This document shows positions 19,692 to 28,316 of a DNA stretch of 64,000 nucleotides, in pieces. The notes under the pieces are model-generated. The model searched no databases. It had not been told where the DNA came from and saw nothing but the letters and a program-made list of their open reading frames with translations. Made by a program: the position numbers and the translations under genes. Source of the DNA: an uncultured Clostridia bacterium (GTDB lineage Bacteria; Bacillota; Clostridia; TANB77; CAG-508); the NCBI GenBank assembly GCA_948852945.1, contig CAQPBJ010000008.1, forward strand, positions 7,470-71,469. The letters run 5' to 3'. Position 1 is the first letter of the stretch. The number at the start of each line of letters is the position of its first letter.

Positions 19692-20708
19692 TTATAATTG
19701 TTGCATGATTTTATTAAGTGCACTTTCTACTTGACTACTACTAACACTTCCAGAATTTCTAAATTCTACAATAGCTGAATGAGCTCCAAAAGTATTTTTA
19801 GTATATTCTATTACATAACCTTGACCATTTCCCCATCTTCCACCTTTATTATATGCAAGTCCACATTCAGTTAAAAAAGTATTAACAATAGTCTGATCAC
19901 CTATAACACTATTTTCCCATCCGTGAAAATCTAAATGAATATTCATAGGATACTGATTCATCAGTGCTTTTAAACTTTGTGTTTCTTGTGCCTGAAAATA
20001 TCCTGCTCTAAAGTCTCTATTCATATCATACCCAGCTGCTGTACATCTTCCAAAACAATAACCATTTCCAACTCTAGTATTATTAACTCCTTCAATAACA
20101 CCATCAGGATTTGCAGAAGGTACTACAATCATCTGATAATCGCCTAAATTTTGAGAATTCATCGCATAATATTCAACTATATCATTACCTAAATTAACTA
20201 AAACTTTTCCATCTTTAGCATATTCATCTTCAAATCCATGAACTTCAAATTCCATAAAAATTGTTTTAGAATTTGCCCCATTTCCTTTTATTAAATATGC
20301 TTCTAGTGTTCTTCCTTGATATGAAGTTCCATATTCTATTCTCGTTGTATTTTCATAAGCACTTGCAATATTGTTTGCTTTATTATTCAAAGTCATTATT
20401 TTGTTTTTCTCAGCTTCTTCTGCTCGTCTTTTCTCTTCTGCAATTCGTTCCTCTTCAGCAATTCTTGCAGCTTCAGCTTCTTCTTGTTTCTTTACTAATA
20501 ATTTTTCATGAGTTACCTGCAAATCTTCTTTTAATTCCGGCTCTACAGAAGCAATTATATTTAAAACTTTTATTTCTTTTCTAGCTTTTGCAACTTCTTT
20601 TGGACTATTTTGAGCTGTTGAATTAGAATCTTTTGATATAACAACAATTAATCCTATTAAAATCACAACTAAAATAATGGGCAATAGTATTTTAAAAAAC
20701 TTTTTCAT
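19692..20708 (-). CDS. M14-like zinc carboxypeptidase with signal anchor and charged coiled linker
   Basis: Motifs HGFE, SANPDG, MNRDF and LDFHGWE. N-terminal TM helix. EAEAARIAEEERIAEEKRRAEEAEK linker. Confidence 0.7.
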   Translation of the reverse strand: MKKFFKILLPIILVVILIGLIVVISKDSNSTAQNSPKEVAKARKEIKVLNIIASVEPELKEDLQVTHEKLLVKKQEEAEAARIAEEERIAEEKRRAEEAEKNKIMTLNNKANNIASAYENTTRIEYGTSYQGRTLEAYLIKGNGANSKTIFMEFEVHGFEDEYAKDGKVLVNLGNDIVEYYAMNSQNLGDYQMIVVPSANPDGVIEGVNNTRVGNGYCFGRCTAAGYDMNRDFRAGYFQAQETQSLKALMNQYPMNIHLDFHGWENSVIGDQTIVNTFLTECGLAYNKGGRWGNGQGYVIEYTKNTFGAHSAIVEFRNSGSVSSSQVESALNKIMQQL

Positions 20709-20717
20709 ATAGTTCTC

Positions 20718-21164
20718 CTATTTTCTCTTGAAAATCTTCTTAAAAAAATTAGATATCTTTTTTAAAAAACCTTCTTTTTTAACATTAGCTAATTCTTTAG
20801 GCTGTTCTACAACTTCTTCATTATTTGTTTTAAAAAGATTATCGACATTATACTTTTCACTTAATTTTTTCTGATATATTTGTTCATTCTCTTCATATTG
20901 TTTTCTTAGCTTAGCTCTTTCTTCTTCGTTTGAACATATATATTTCAAATTAAGCATTGTAACAATTGCTATAGTCTCTCTTTTTAAGTTTTGTTCCTTG
21001 ATAGGAATATCTAAATTTATACTTTTTTTATATTCTTTTTCTCTTTCTCTTTCAAAATACTTTCGTAATTTTAAAGGAATCTTTTGCCTATCATCTTTAT
21101 CCAGCAAATTAATAATTTCATTAACTTCCGAATACGCTTGTCTAGTTGTTGTTGACAAATTCAC
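20718..21164 (-). CDS. hypothetical small protein, paralog of 49016..49477
   Basis: The two proteins share AY-EV--I-N-L---D--KIP and EKYN-DNLF. Both have a basic amphipathic C-terminus (FFKKIFKRK here). Confidence 0.6.
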   Translation of the reverse strand: MNLSTTTRQAYSEVNEIINLLDKDDRQKIPLKLRKYFEREREKEYKKSINLDIPIKEQNLKRETIAIVTMLNLKYICSNEEERAKLRKQYEENEQIYQKKLSEKYNVDNLFKTNNEEVVEQPKELANVKKEGFLKKISNFFKKIFKRK

Positions 21165-21195
21165 AAATAACCACCTCTTCTTTTGTAATCCTTTA

Positions 21196-23706
21196 TTACA
21201 ATTGTTCTTCGTCTATTGTTTTTTCTGATGCCAAATCTTTTTGTGTTCTTACTATTTTACCTGTTGCTTCTAAAATTTCTCCATCACGCACATCATCTGA
21301 TAAGTCAAGCATTTGATTTAATACTTTTTTCCCTCTAGATATTCTATTTAATTCTTTTCCTATACCTAATGGTTCAAAACTATCTAAATAATGTAAATCT
21401 ATTTTTGCATCTTTCATCATTTTTTTAGCTATATTTTCACTATCTCTGCTTAAAAATCTATCTGGAGAATGTGCATCTACTCCTATTAATACGTCACATC
21501 CTTTTTCAGCTGCTACTTTCCAAAAATCTATTACTGGATAAATATAACTATTGTCTTTAGTAATCCAATTTCCAGGTATTTCTTCATGATATGCTGTAAT
21601 AGCCCCTAGATTTATTTCTAACGGAATTCGATATTTTGATGCAACATCACAAATCATTTCTATTGCTGTGCTAACATTTTCATTATATTCTTGTTTTTTA
21701 TCTTCAGGTATACCATCCCTATATCTCAAAAATATATCAGGATGTGCTACATATGCAAACTTACCTGTTTTTATTGCTTCTACAACAGTAGCTGCATAAT
21801 CTAAAGGATATTTCTCTGAAAGCGGATCTGATTTTTTAGGTGGATTCATCATTTTTCCATCATTATCTCTTGCTATAACAAAATGTTGTCCTAATATCAT
21901 ATAATCTAATTCTTTTTCAATTTCATTTCTAGATGCTACTATTGTTTCATTTTTTTCGCCCTCATCACCATAATATTCAACTTCTAATCCAATACTTATA
22001 TCTATTCTATCAGAATATTCTTCCTTTAGTCCTTTTAACACAGGTAAATATTCTTCAAAAAATTGCTCTTTAGACATATACACTTTTGGATCACGTCTTC
22101 CAAATGCTGGTGGATTATGGTCTGAAAAACCTAACACAGTATAACCTGCTTCTATTGCATTTTCAATGTATTCTCTCATTTCACCATAAGCATGTCCACA
22201 TAATTTTGTATGTGTATGATAATTAAATTGTTGGTATTCTGATATTTTCTCTGGTTCAAATTCCTTTTCATTAAAACTTGAATCTACTACAGAACCATAT
22301 ACTTTATGTCCGCATCTTTCATCTACAAAACACATATCATCACTTTGAGCCCACATTGTTATTGCACTGATTCTTGAATTTCCATTAACAGTTTGGCTCG
22401 CAAGTTTATATATTCTAGCTAATATTTTTTGTTGTTTTAATATTTCTTCTGTAGAAAGTGGATCTTTTCCTGTTCTTGAAATGTCTAACTCTGTAATTTC
22501 TACTGGTAAACCAATTTCTCTTTCTATATCATCTAAAGTCTTATCTAACTGACTTATATCTATACTCGTATCCAAATGAGCTTCTAAACCTATTGTATCA
22601 ATAATACCATTTTCTTCTGGCAATAAATCTCCACTTAATCTATATTTTTCTTCCTTCTTCTGCAAAGCTTGTACAAACGCTATTATCTCTCTTCTTTTAT
22701 CTGGATTTACCCAATTCATATCATTATATAATAATCTTGCATTTGGTAATCTTTTTCTCGTCTCTAACGCTAAAGTAGCTAAATCATCAATAGATAAATA
22801 TTTCATCCATTGTCCTGTACGTTGATGATATGATCTTTCTTCTGAATCTTTAAAATTTTTCTCAATCATATCTGGATCATATATACTTTCATTTAATACA
22901 TCTACAGCTGAAATACTATTTCCATATCTTTCACACACTTTTTTTACATAGTCAAATAAAGTTTTCTTAATATATTCACCAACTGTTCTTCTTTTCTCTT
23001 CTTCACTCATTTCAACCGTTGTATACGTTTGCATGCAATAATTTTCATATAAACTTGGAAAATCTGCATAAAACATAAATGTATTAATCTTAACTTGCAT
23101 TCCATGTCTTTTAGCAAATTCAAACATTTTGTCCAACCTATTAGGTGTAAAGGTTTTTCCATCAAAAGAAATACATCCTGTATATTTGCCTGCATTATCT
23201 ATATTTATTAAATCAAATTTATTTCCATTTTCGAACATAAATCTATGAAAAGCTCTTACTTTTTCTGGAGTCATTTCCAAAATTCCTTCTTTTGCTTCAT
23301 AGTCACCATTTTTTATTTCTGCTAATACATATTCTGCAACACCTTCATCAATTTCAGCACTCCTCAATTTTTCTTTCATTTTTAAAGTGTCAACCATGGA
23401 TAAATCAAAAACACTATCTAAATAAATGTTTTTAATCATTTCTCTTTGTTCATTAGAAAATTCTCCTGCCATTTCACCAATAATCGTATCTATTAAAAAC
23501 TTAATTTTTCCTAACTCACCTTCAAATCTAGTACTATATTCACTTCTTTTTTTACATCTTTCTTGTAATTTAGAAATATATTCAATTATCTTCATATCTT
23601 GCTGTTCTACTGTAAGTCGTTCATCATCAACAATTGACAATAAGTCTACTATCTGCGAATTTAGTGTTATTCCTTTTACATTATCAATACTTTCAAATAA
23701 TTTCAT
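21196..23706 (-). CDS. fusion protein: GH10-like glycoside hydrolase domain plus PHP (HisJ-type) phosphoesterase domain
   Basis: VLNES and ITELDIS (GH10 acid/base and nucleophile contexts) in the middle. YHTHTKLCGHA...SDHNP...HPD...GVDAHSP in the C-terminal third. No signal peptide. Confidence 0.7.
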   Translation of the reverse strand: MKLFESIDNVKGITLNSQIVDLLSIVDDERLTVEQQDMKIIEYISKLQERCKKRSEYSTRFEGELGKIKFLIDTIIGEMAGEFSNEQREMIKNIYLDSVFDLSMVDTLKMKEKLRSAEIDEGVAEYVLAEIKNGDYEAKEGILEMTPEKVRAFHRFMFENGNKFDLINIDNAGKYTGCISFDGKTFTPNRLDKMFEFAKRHGMQVKINTFMFYADFPSLYENYCMQTYTTVEMSEEEKRRTVGEYIKKTLFDYVKKVCERYGNSISAVDVLNESIYDPDMIEKNFKDSEERSYHQRTGQWMKYLSIDDLATLALETRKRLPNARLLYNDMNWVNPDKRREIIAFVQALQKKEEKYRLSGDLLPEENGIIDTIGLEAHLDTSIDISQLDKTLDDIEREIGLPVEITELDISRTGKDPLSTEEILKQQKILARIYKLASQTVNGNSRISAITMWAQSDDMCFVDERCGHKVYGSVVDSSFNEKEFEPEKISEYQQFNYHTHTKLCGHAYGEMREYIENAIEAGYTVLGFSDHNPPAFGRRDPKVYMSKEQFFEEYLPVLKGLKEEYSDRIDISIGLEVEYYGDEGEKNETIVASRNEIEKELDYMILGQHFVIARDNDGKMMNPPKKSDPLSEKYPLDYAATVVEAIKTGKFAYVAHPDIFLRYRDGIPEDKKQEYNENVSTAIEMICDVASKYRIPLEINLGAITAYHEEIPGNWITKDNSYIYPVIDFWKVAAEKGCDVLIGVDAHSPDRFLSRDSENIAKKMMKDAKIDLHYLDSFEPLGIGKELNRISRGKKVLNQMLDLSDDVRDGEILEATGKIVRTQKDLASEKTIDEEQL

Positions 23707-23727
23707 ATATTCCTCTTCTATTTCTTC

Positions 23728-24261
23728 TTAAAATTTTAAATTTTTAATCTTATTAATATCTATACCATATTCATGATATACACTTTGAACATCTAAAGCC
23801 GTAATTTTGTTTTTATCTAATTCTAATTTCTCAATAATATCTTCTACTGCTTTTTTACTTTTTCCTTCTAACTCAACATAAGTTGGAATTAATGGCCATG
23901 AATCAATATCTATCTCTACATCATCTAAAATATACTGTATTCTTCTATTTTCTTGATAATTTCTATGCTCATAGCCCATTTTTTCTAACAATTCTCTAGT
24001 AACTTCAAAATCAGAAACTTCAATTTCTAATTCTTTAGTTCCATCAATGGTTTTTACTTCAACATTTTTGTATGCTAAAGTAGCTTTTTTCCCATTCGTT
24101 CTAAGTCTAATCCATTCACAATCACTTTTGTATGGAACTAAATCATATACATATCTTTTTTGTTCAAAATCACCAATCTTCTTTGCTCCTAAATCTTCTA
24201 TTTTTTTTATAAATTCTTCTTTGTTAATTTCTAAGGCTCTTACTTCATATTCTATTTTCAT
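23728..24261 (-). CDS. CYTH domain protein (class IV adenylate cyclase / triphosphate tunnel metalloenzyme-like)
   Basis: N-terminal IEYEVRA (an ExExK-like strand) and a size of 177 aa. Confidence 0.6.
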   Translation of the reverse strand: MKIEYEVRALEINKEEFIKKIEDLGAKKIGDFEQKRYVYDLVPYKSDCEWIRLRTNGKKATLAYKNVEVKTIDGTKELEIEVSDFEVTRELLEKMGYEHRNYQENRRIQYILDDVEIDIDSWPLIPTYVELEGKSKKAVEDIIEKLELDKNKITALDVQSVYHEYGIDINKIKNLKF

Positions 24262-24320
24262 ATTTTTTCTCCATTTTCTGATTTACTTCATTATAATTAA
24301 ATTTAATAACATATACAATA

Positions 24321-24355
24321 GAAACCAGTAAACAAATTATACTTTTACTGGTTTC
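24321..24355 (-). terminator. hairpin terminator after the cpsB-like gene
   Basis: gaaaccagtaaa (24321-24332) pairs with tttactggtttc (24344-24355). Confidence 0.65.
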
Positions 24356-24366
24356 AAGCTTATATA

Positions 24367-25119
24367 TTATTTAAATTTTCCTAAAAAAGTTTTTTCAATT
24401 GGTATATAATCCGCCAATTCAATTTCTTTATTTTCTAATACTAGTTGTATATTACTATTTGACATTTCATCAAATTTTTCCTCACCAACTAACTCTATTA
24501 TCTTTTTACTTGCTTTTGGAACATCACAATAATATGCACCTGTACAATGAACATCAGTGCCTAAAAAAGTTATCATATTGTGTTTATATAAAAGCTCTAC
24601 TAATTTTTTTGACTCTTTTCCATAAAACCCCTCTATACTCATATAATTTGCTTGTAGATATACACCTGAATTAATTATATCTTCTAACTCTTTCGGATTT
24701 TTTTGAAATACAGAATATCTTTCTGGATGTGCTAAAACTAATTTATATCCTCTAGAAATTAAATCAAACATTATATTTTTAAATTCTGGATATTCTTTAT
24801 GTAATGGTATTTCTACCAAAATATATTTTGTATTATTTATTGTAGATGCTTCTTTATTTTCTATCAATTCAGCTATGTTAGTTCTTGAATATATTTCGCT
24901 TCCTAAAATAAGTTCTACACCTATTTCTTCTCTTTCTAATTCCTTTATTTTTGTAATTCTCTCTTCTTCTGTTGATGTAAAATAACCTGAATTGTGCGTT
25001 GTACATATTATTTTTTCAAAACCAGCTTCTTTAGCTTCTTTTATAACTTCTACTGATTCTTCAAAGCTTTGTATTCCGTCATCTAAACCAGGTAAAATAT
25101 GTGAATGAAAATCAATCAT
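24367..25119 (-). CDS. capsular tyrosine-protein phosphatase (CpsB/YwqE, PHP family)
   Basis: MIDFHSHILPGLDDG N-terminus. Confidence 0.85.
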   Translation of the reverse strand: MIDFHSHILPGLDDGIQSFEESVEVIKEAKEAGFEKIICTTHNSGYFTSTEEERITKIKELEREEIGVELILGSEIYSRTNIAELIENKEASTINNTKYILVEIPLHKEYPEFKNIMFDLISRGYKLVLAHPERYSVFQKNPKELEDIINSGVYLQANYMSIEGFYGKESKKLVELLYKHNMITFLGTDVHCTGAYYCDVPKASKKIIELVGEEKFDEMSNSNIQLVLENKEIELADYIPIEKTFLGKFK

Positions 25120-25135
25120 TTAATTACCCCTTCTA

Positions 25136-25834
25136 CTATCTCTTTTTACCGTAATAATATGTATCTCCATATTTTTTGCTCGTTGTTGGAACTTTATTTA
25201 ATACTATTCCTGTTACTTTTCCACCTGCATTTTCAATTTTTTTCTTTGTTTCTTTTAAATCTTCCATCTTTGTTTCATTATAAGCTGAAATAATTATTGT
25301 TTGATCAACTAATCTAGAAACAATTGCAGCATCTGTTACTAAGTTACATGGTGTACCATCAAAAACTATTACATCAACATGTTCTTTTAATTCATTTATT
25401 AATTGAGTCATCTTCGAAGATATAAGTAATTCTGAAGGATTAGGCGGAATATTTCCTGCTGGAATAAGATATAACATTGGCATTTCTGTTTCTTGTATAA
25501 ATCCTGTTATATCTTTTACATCTTTATCAACATTAACACCTGTTAAATAATTAGAAACCCCTGGTGTTGGGCTTGCATTAAGCATTGTATACAAACGTCC
25601 TTTTCTCATATCAACATCTACTAAACATGTTTTTTTACCAGCTTGAGCAAAAGTAATTGCTACATTGGCAGAAACCCAAGATTTTCCTTCTGAAGGAGAT
25701 GTAGAAGTAACTAATATTGTTTGTTTATCTTCTGTTGTAGAATTCATAAATTGAAGGTTTGTTCTTAAAGCCCTAAATGTTTCACTTATTGGTGATCTAG
25801 GTTCTTTTGCAACAACTAATTCTTTCTTTATCAT
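25136..25834 (-). CDS. CpsD/CapB family tyrosine-protein kinase
   Basis: Walker A SPSEGKS and a C-terminal Tyr cluster, GDTYYYG. Confidence 0.85.
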   Translation of the reverse strand: MIKKELVVAKEPRSPISETFRALRTNLQFMNSTTEDKQTILVTSTSPSEGKSWVSANVAITFAQAGKKTCLVDVDMRKGRLYTMLNASPTPGVSNYLTGVNVDKDVKDITGFIQETEMPMLYLIPAGNIPPNPSELLISSKMTQLINELKEHVDVIVFDGTPCNLVTDAAIVSRLVDQTIIISAYNETKMEDLKETKKKIENAGGKVTGIVLNKVPTTSKKYGDTYYYGKKR

Positions 25835-26544
25835 TACATTTTACCTCCTTTTTTAACAATATTTTCATCATAATATGCTATCTGTGCTATAACTGGTATT
25901 TTTAAATTTTTTTCAATTGATTCGGCAGATCTAACTGTTGTATCAAACAAGTTTTTAATTACAATACCTAAACATGAAATAAATGTACCACCCGCAAAAG
26001 CTAAAATAATATATTTTACAGGATTAATATTATATGGTGTAAAGTCAGCTTCTGCTTGATCTAATGTATAAACATTATTAATTTTATACATATCTACAAT
26101 CTTCTCTGAGAAAACTTTTCCTATTTCATTTGCAATTCTAGCAGAATATTCTGGTTTTTCATCTGAAACTGTTATTCTTATAACTTCTGTATCTTCTATT
26201 GATTCTACTGTAACATTTTTTCTAAGTTCTTCTTCTGTTAAATTAGCTATGTCTAAATTTTCAATAACTTGTCCTAATACATTTTTGGATTTTATTATTT
26301 GACTATAAGTAGATACCAACTTTTGATTTAATGTAACATCAGTTTGTGTAACAGAAGAAGACGCTTTATCTTCTGAGCTTTCTACTTTTGCTAAAACTAA
26401 TGTAGTAGAAGCTTGATATTTAGGCGTTTGTAATATACAAGAATATACTGCTGCAATAATGACTAATATAACTGTAACCACAATAATTATTCTTCGACCA
26501 TCCCACAACATTTTAAAAATTTCTTTTAAATCTAATTCTTCCAT
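25834..26544 (-). CDS. Wzz/CpsC chain-length determinant (kinase modulator)
   Basis: Two terminal TM helices. The start-stop overlap with the kinase gene suggests translational coupling. Confidence 0.8.
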   Translation of the reverse strand: MEELDLKEIFKMLWDGRRIIIVVTVILVIIAAVYSCILQTPKYQASTTLVLAKVESSEDKASSSVTQTDVTLNQKLVSTYSQIIKSKNVLGQVIENLDIANLTEEELRKNVTVESIEDTEVIRITVSDEKPEYSARIANEIGKVFSEKIVDMYKINNVYTLDQAEADFTPYNINPVKYIILAFAGGTFISCLGIVIKNLFDTTVRSAESIEKNLKIPVIAQIAYYDENIVKKGGKM

Positions 26545-26559
26545 TTCTCCTCCTAAATT

Positions 26560-27006
26560 TTAATCTATTAATTTATTTCTTGCCAATATTGCTATAATCA
26601 CTCCACAAGAATCTATAATAACATCCCTTATTTGAGCAGCTCTACCATCAATAAAAAATTGATGCATTTCATCTGTAATAGCATATATTATGCCCCAAAC
26701 AATACTTAAAATTATAATATATTTTCGTTTAAGCCTAAATGTATTTAAAAAATTATATATTAATACACCACCTAAAAAATATATTGAAAAGTGAGCTAAT
26801 TTTCTTACAATAAAACTTATATCTGTAGTGTGATTTTTTAAACTAATTCCAAAATAATCATCGCATACTTGGACTATATTATTTGTAATTCTATCACTAG
26901 ATGACTGTGAAACCTTTCCATTTTGATTTGAAAATCCAAACACAATTATCATCCATATAATCAAAAATATTCCATATACAATTTTTTTTAAATTCTTAAA
27001 ATTCAT
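26560..27006 (-). CDS. VanZ family protein (second paralog)
   Basis: DEMHQFFIDGRAAQIRDVIIDS motif. I chose the internal start at 27006 because the track start at 27060 overlaps galE. Confidence 0.7.
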   Translation of the reverse strand: MNFKNLKKIVYGIFLIIWMIIVFGFSNQNGKVSQSSSDRITNNIVQVCDDYFGISLKNHTTDISFIVRKLAHFSIYFLGGVLIYNFLNTFRLKRKYIIILSIVWGIIYAITDEMHQFFIDGRAAQIRDVIIDSCGVIIAILARNKLID

Positions 27007-27022
27007 TCTTTTACTGTCTTTC

Positions 27023-28027
27023 TTATTTGTTAATATTATTTTTCGTATACCTCCATGCATCTTTGCACATCTGCTCTAAATCACGAGTTGCTTCCCATCC
27101 TAATTCAACTTTAGCCTTAGTAGAATCAGCATAACATACTGCAATATCGCCTGGTCTTCTAGCTGTAATTTCATATTCTATTTTTATATCATTAGCCTTT
27201 TCAAAAGCGTTTACTATATCCAAAACAGAGTATCCTGTACCTGTTCCTAAGTTGTAAGCCTCTACACCTGTAATTTTTCTTGCTTTATCTAAAGCTTTTA
27301 AATGACCTATTGCTAAATCAACCACATGGATATAATCTCTTACCCCTGTTCCATCATGAGTATTATAATCATGTCCAAATACATTTAAATGTTCTAATTT
27401 TCCTGCTGCTACATAGTTTATGTATGGCATTAAATTATTTGGAATTCCATTTGGATTTTCCCCAATTTCTCCACTTTCATGTGCTCCTATTGGATTAAAA
27501 TATCTAAGTAATATAACTGTCCAAGCTTTGTCTGATTTATACACATCTGTCAATATTTGCTCTATCATTAATTTAGTAGAACCATATGGATTAGTTGCTG
27601 ATAATGGAAAATCTTCTTTTATTGGTACAGTAGCAGGATCTCCATATACTGTTGCTGATGAACTAAATACTATCTTTTTGCAATTATGATTTCTCATTAC
27701 ATCTACCAAATTCAATGTTCCTGTTATATTATTATGATAATATTCTATTGGTTTTTCACATGATTCTCCAACCGCTTTTAGTCCTGCAAAATGGATTACT
27801 TCATCAATTTTATTTTCTTCAAAAACTTTTTCTACATTTTCTTTATCTAATAAATCTACTTTATAAAACTTAAAATCTTTTCCTGATAATTTTTTTATAC
27901 TGTCACACATCTCTATTTTACTATTAGAAAGATTATCAAGAACTACTATTTCTTCTCCTCTTTTTAATAGTTCTATCGCTGTATGACTTCCTATATATCC
28001 TGTTCCACCTGTTACTAAAATTGCCAT
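27023..28027 (-). CDS. galE: UDP-glucose 4-epimerase
   Basis: Motifs [11 protein letters not shown] and YGSTK. Length 334 aa. Confidence 0.92.
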   Translation of the reverse strand: MAILVTGGTGYIGSHTAIELLKRGEEIVVLDNLSNSKIEMCDSIKKLSGKDFKFYKVDLLDKENVEKVFEENKIDEVIHFAGLKAVGESCEKPIEYYHNNITGTLNLVDVMRNHNCKKIVFSSSATVYGDPATVPIKEDFPLSATNPYGSTKLMIEQILTDVYKSDKAWTVILLRYFNPIGAHESGEIGENPNGIPNNLMPYINYVAAGKLEHLNVFGHDYNTHDGTGVRDYIHVVDLAIGHLKALDKARKITGVEAYNLGTGTGYSVLDIVNAFEKANDIKIEYEITARRPGDIAVCYADSTKAKVELGWEATRDLEQMCKDAWRYTKNNINK

Positions 28028-28106
28028 AAATTTTCCTCCTTTATAACACTTAATTTATATCAAATAACAAAAAAAATAGCAATATAAAATTTTACTCTTT
28101 TTATAT

Positions 28107-28288
28107 AACTTTAAGGGATAATAATAAAAGTATTTTCACTCTTAGGTAAGTAAGTTTAGAAAATTATAAAAAAAATTCATAGAGATACAGGCGAATGGCC
28201 TGAGAGACTCTATGAATTTTTTTATTCAATTTTCTTAATGAAACGCACCGTAGCCGTGAAAATGCTTTTATTATTATCCCTTAAAGTT
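28107..28288. repeat. nested palindrome (33-bp outer arms with an inner 16-bp hairpin)
   Basis: aactttaagggataataataaaagtattttcac (28107-28139) pairs with gtgaaaatgcttttattattatcccttaaagtt (28256-28288), with one mismatch. Inner hairpin aaaaaaattcatagag / ctctatgaattttttt lies at 28168-28223. Confidence 0.8.
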
Positions 28289-28316
28289 AATTTAATATTA
28301 TATAGTTTTTATATTG

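Noticed and set aside
20400-20480. A repetitive gaagaa/gcagc tract.
   Set aside because: It encodes the EAEAARIAEEERIAEEKRRAEEAEK charged linker of the M14 peptidase. This is coding low complexity, not a repeat element.
27007-27060. An N-terminal extension of the second VanZ ORF that overlaps the galE 3' end.
   Set aside because: The internal ATG at 27006 gives a normal VanZ N-terminus and removes the 38-nt overlap.
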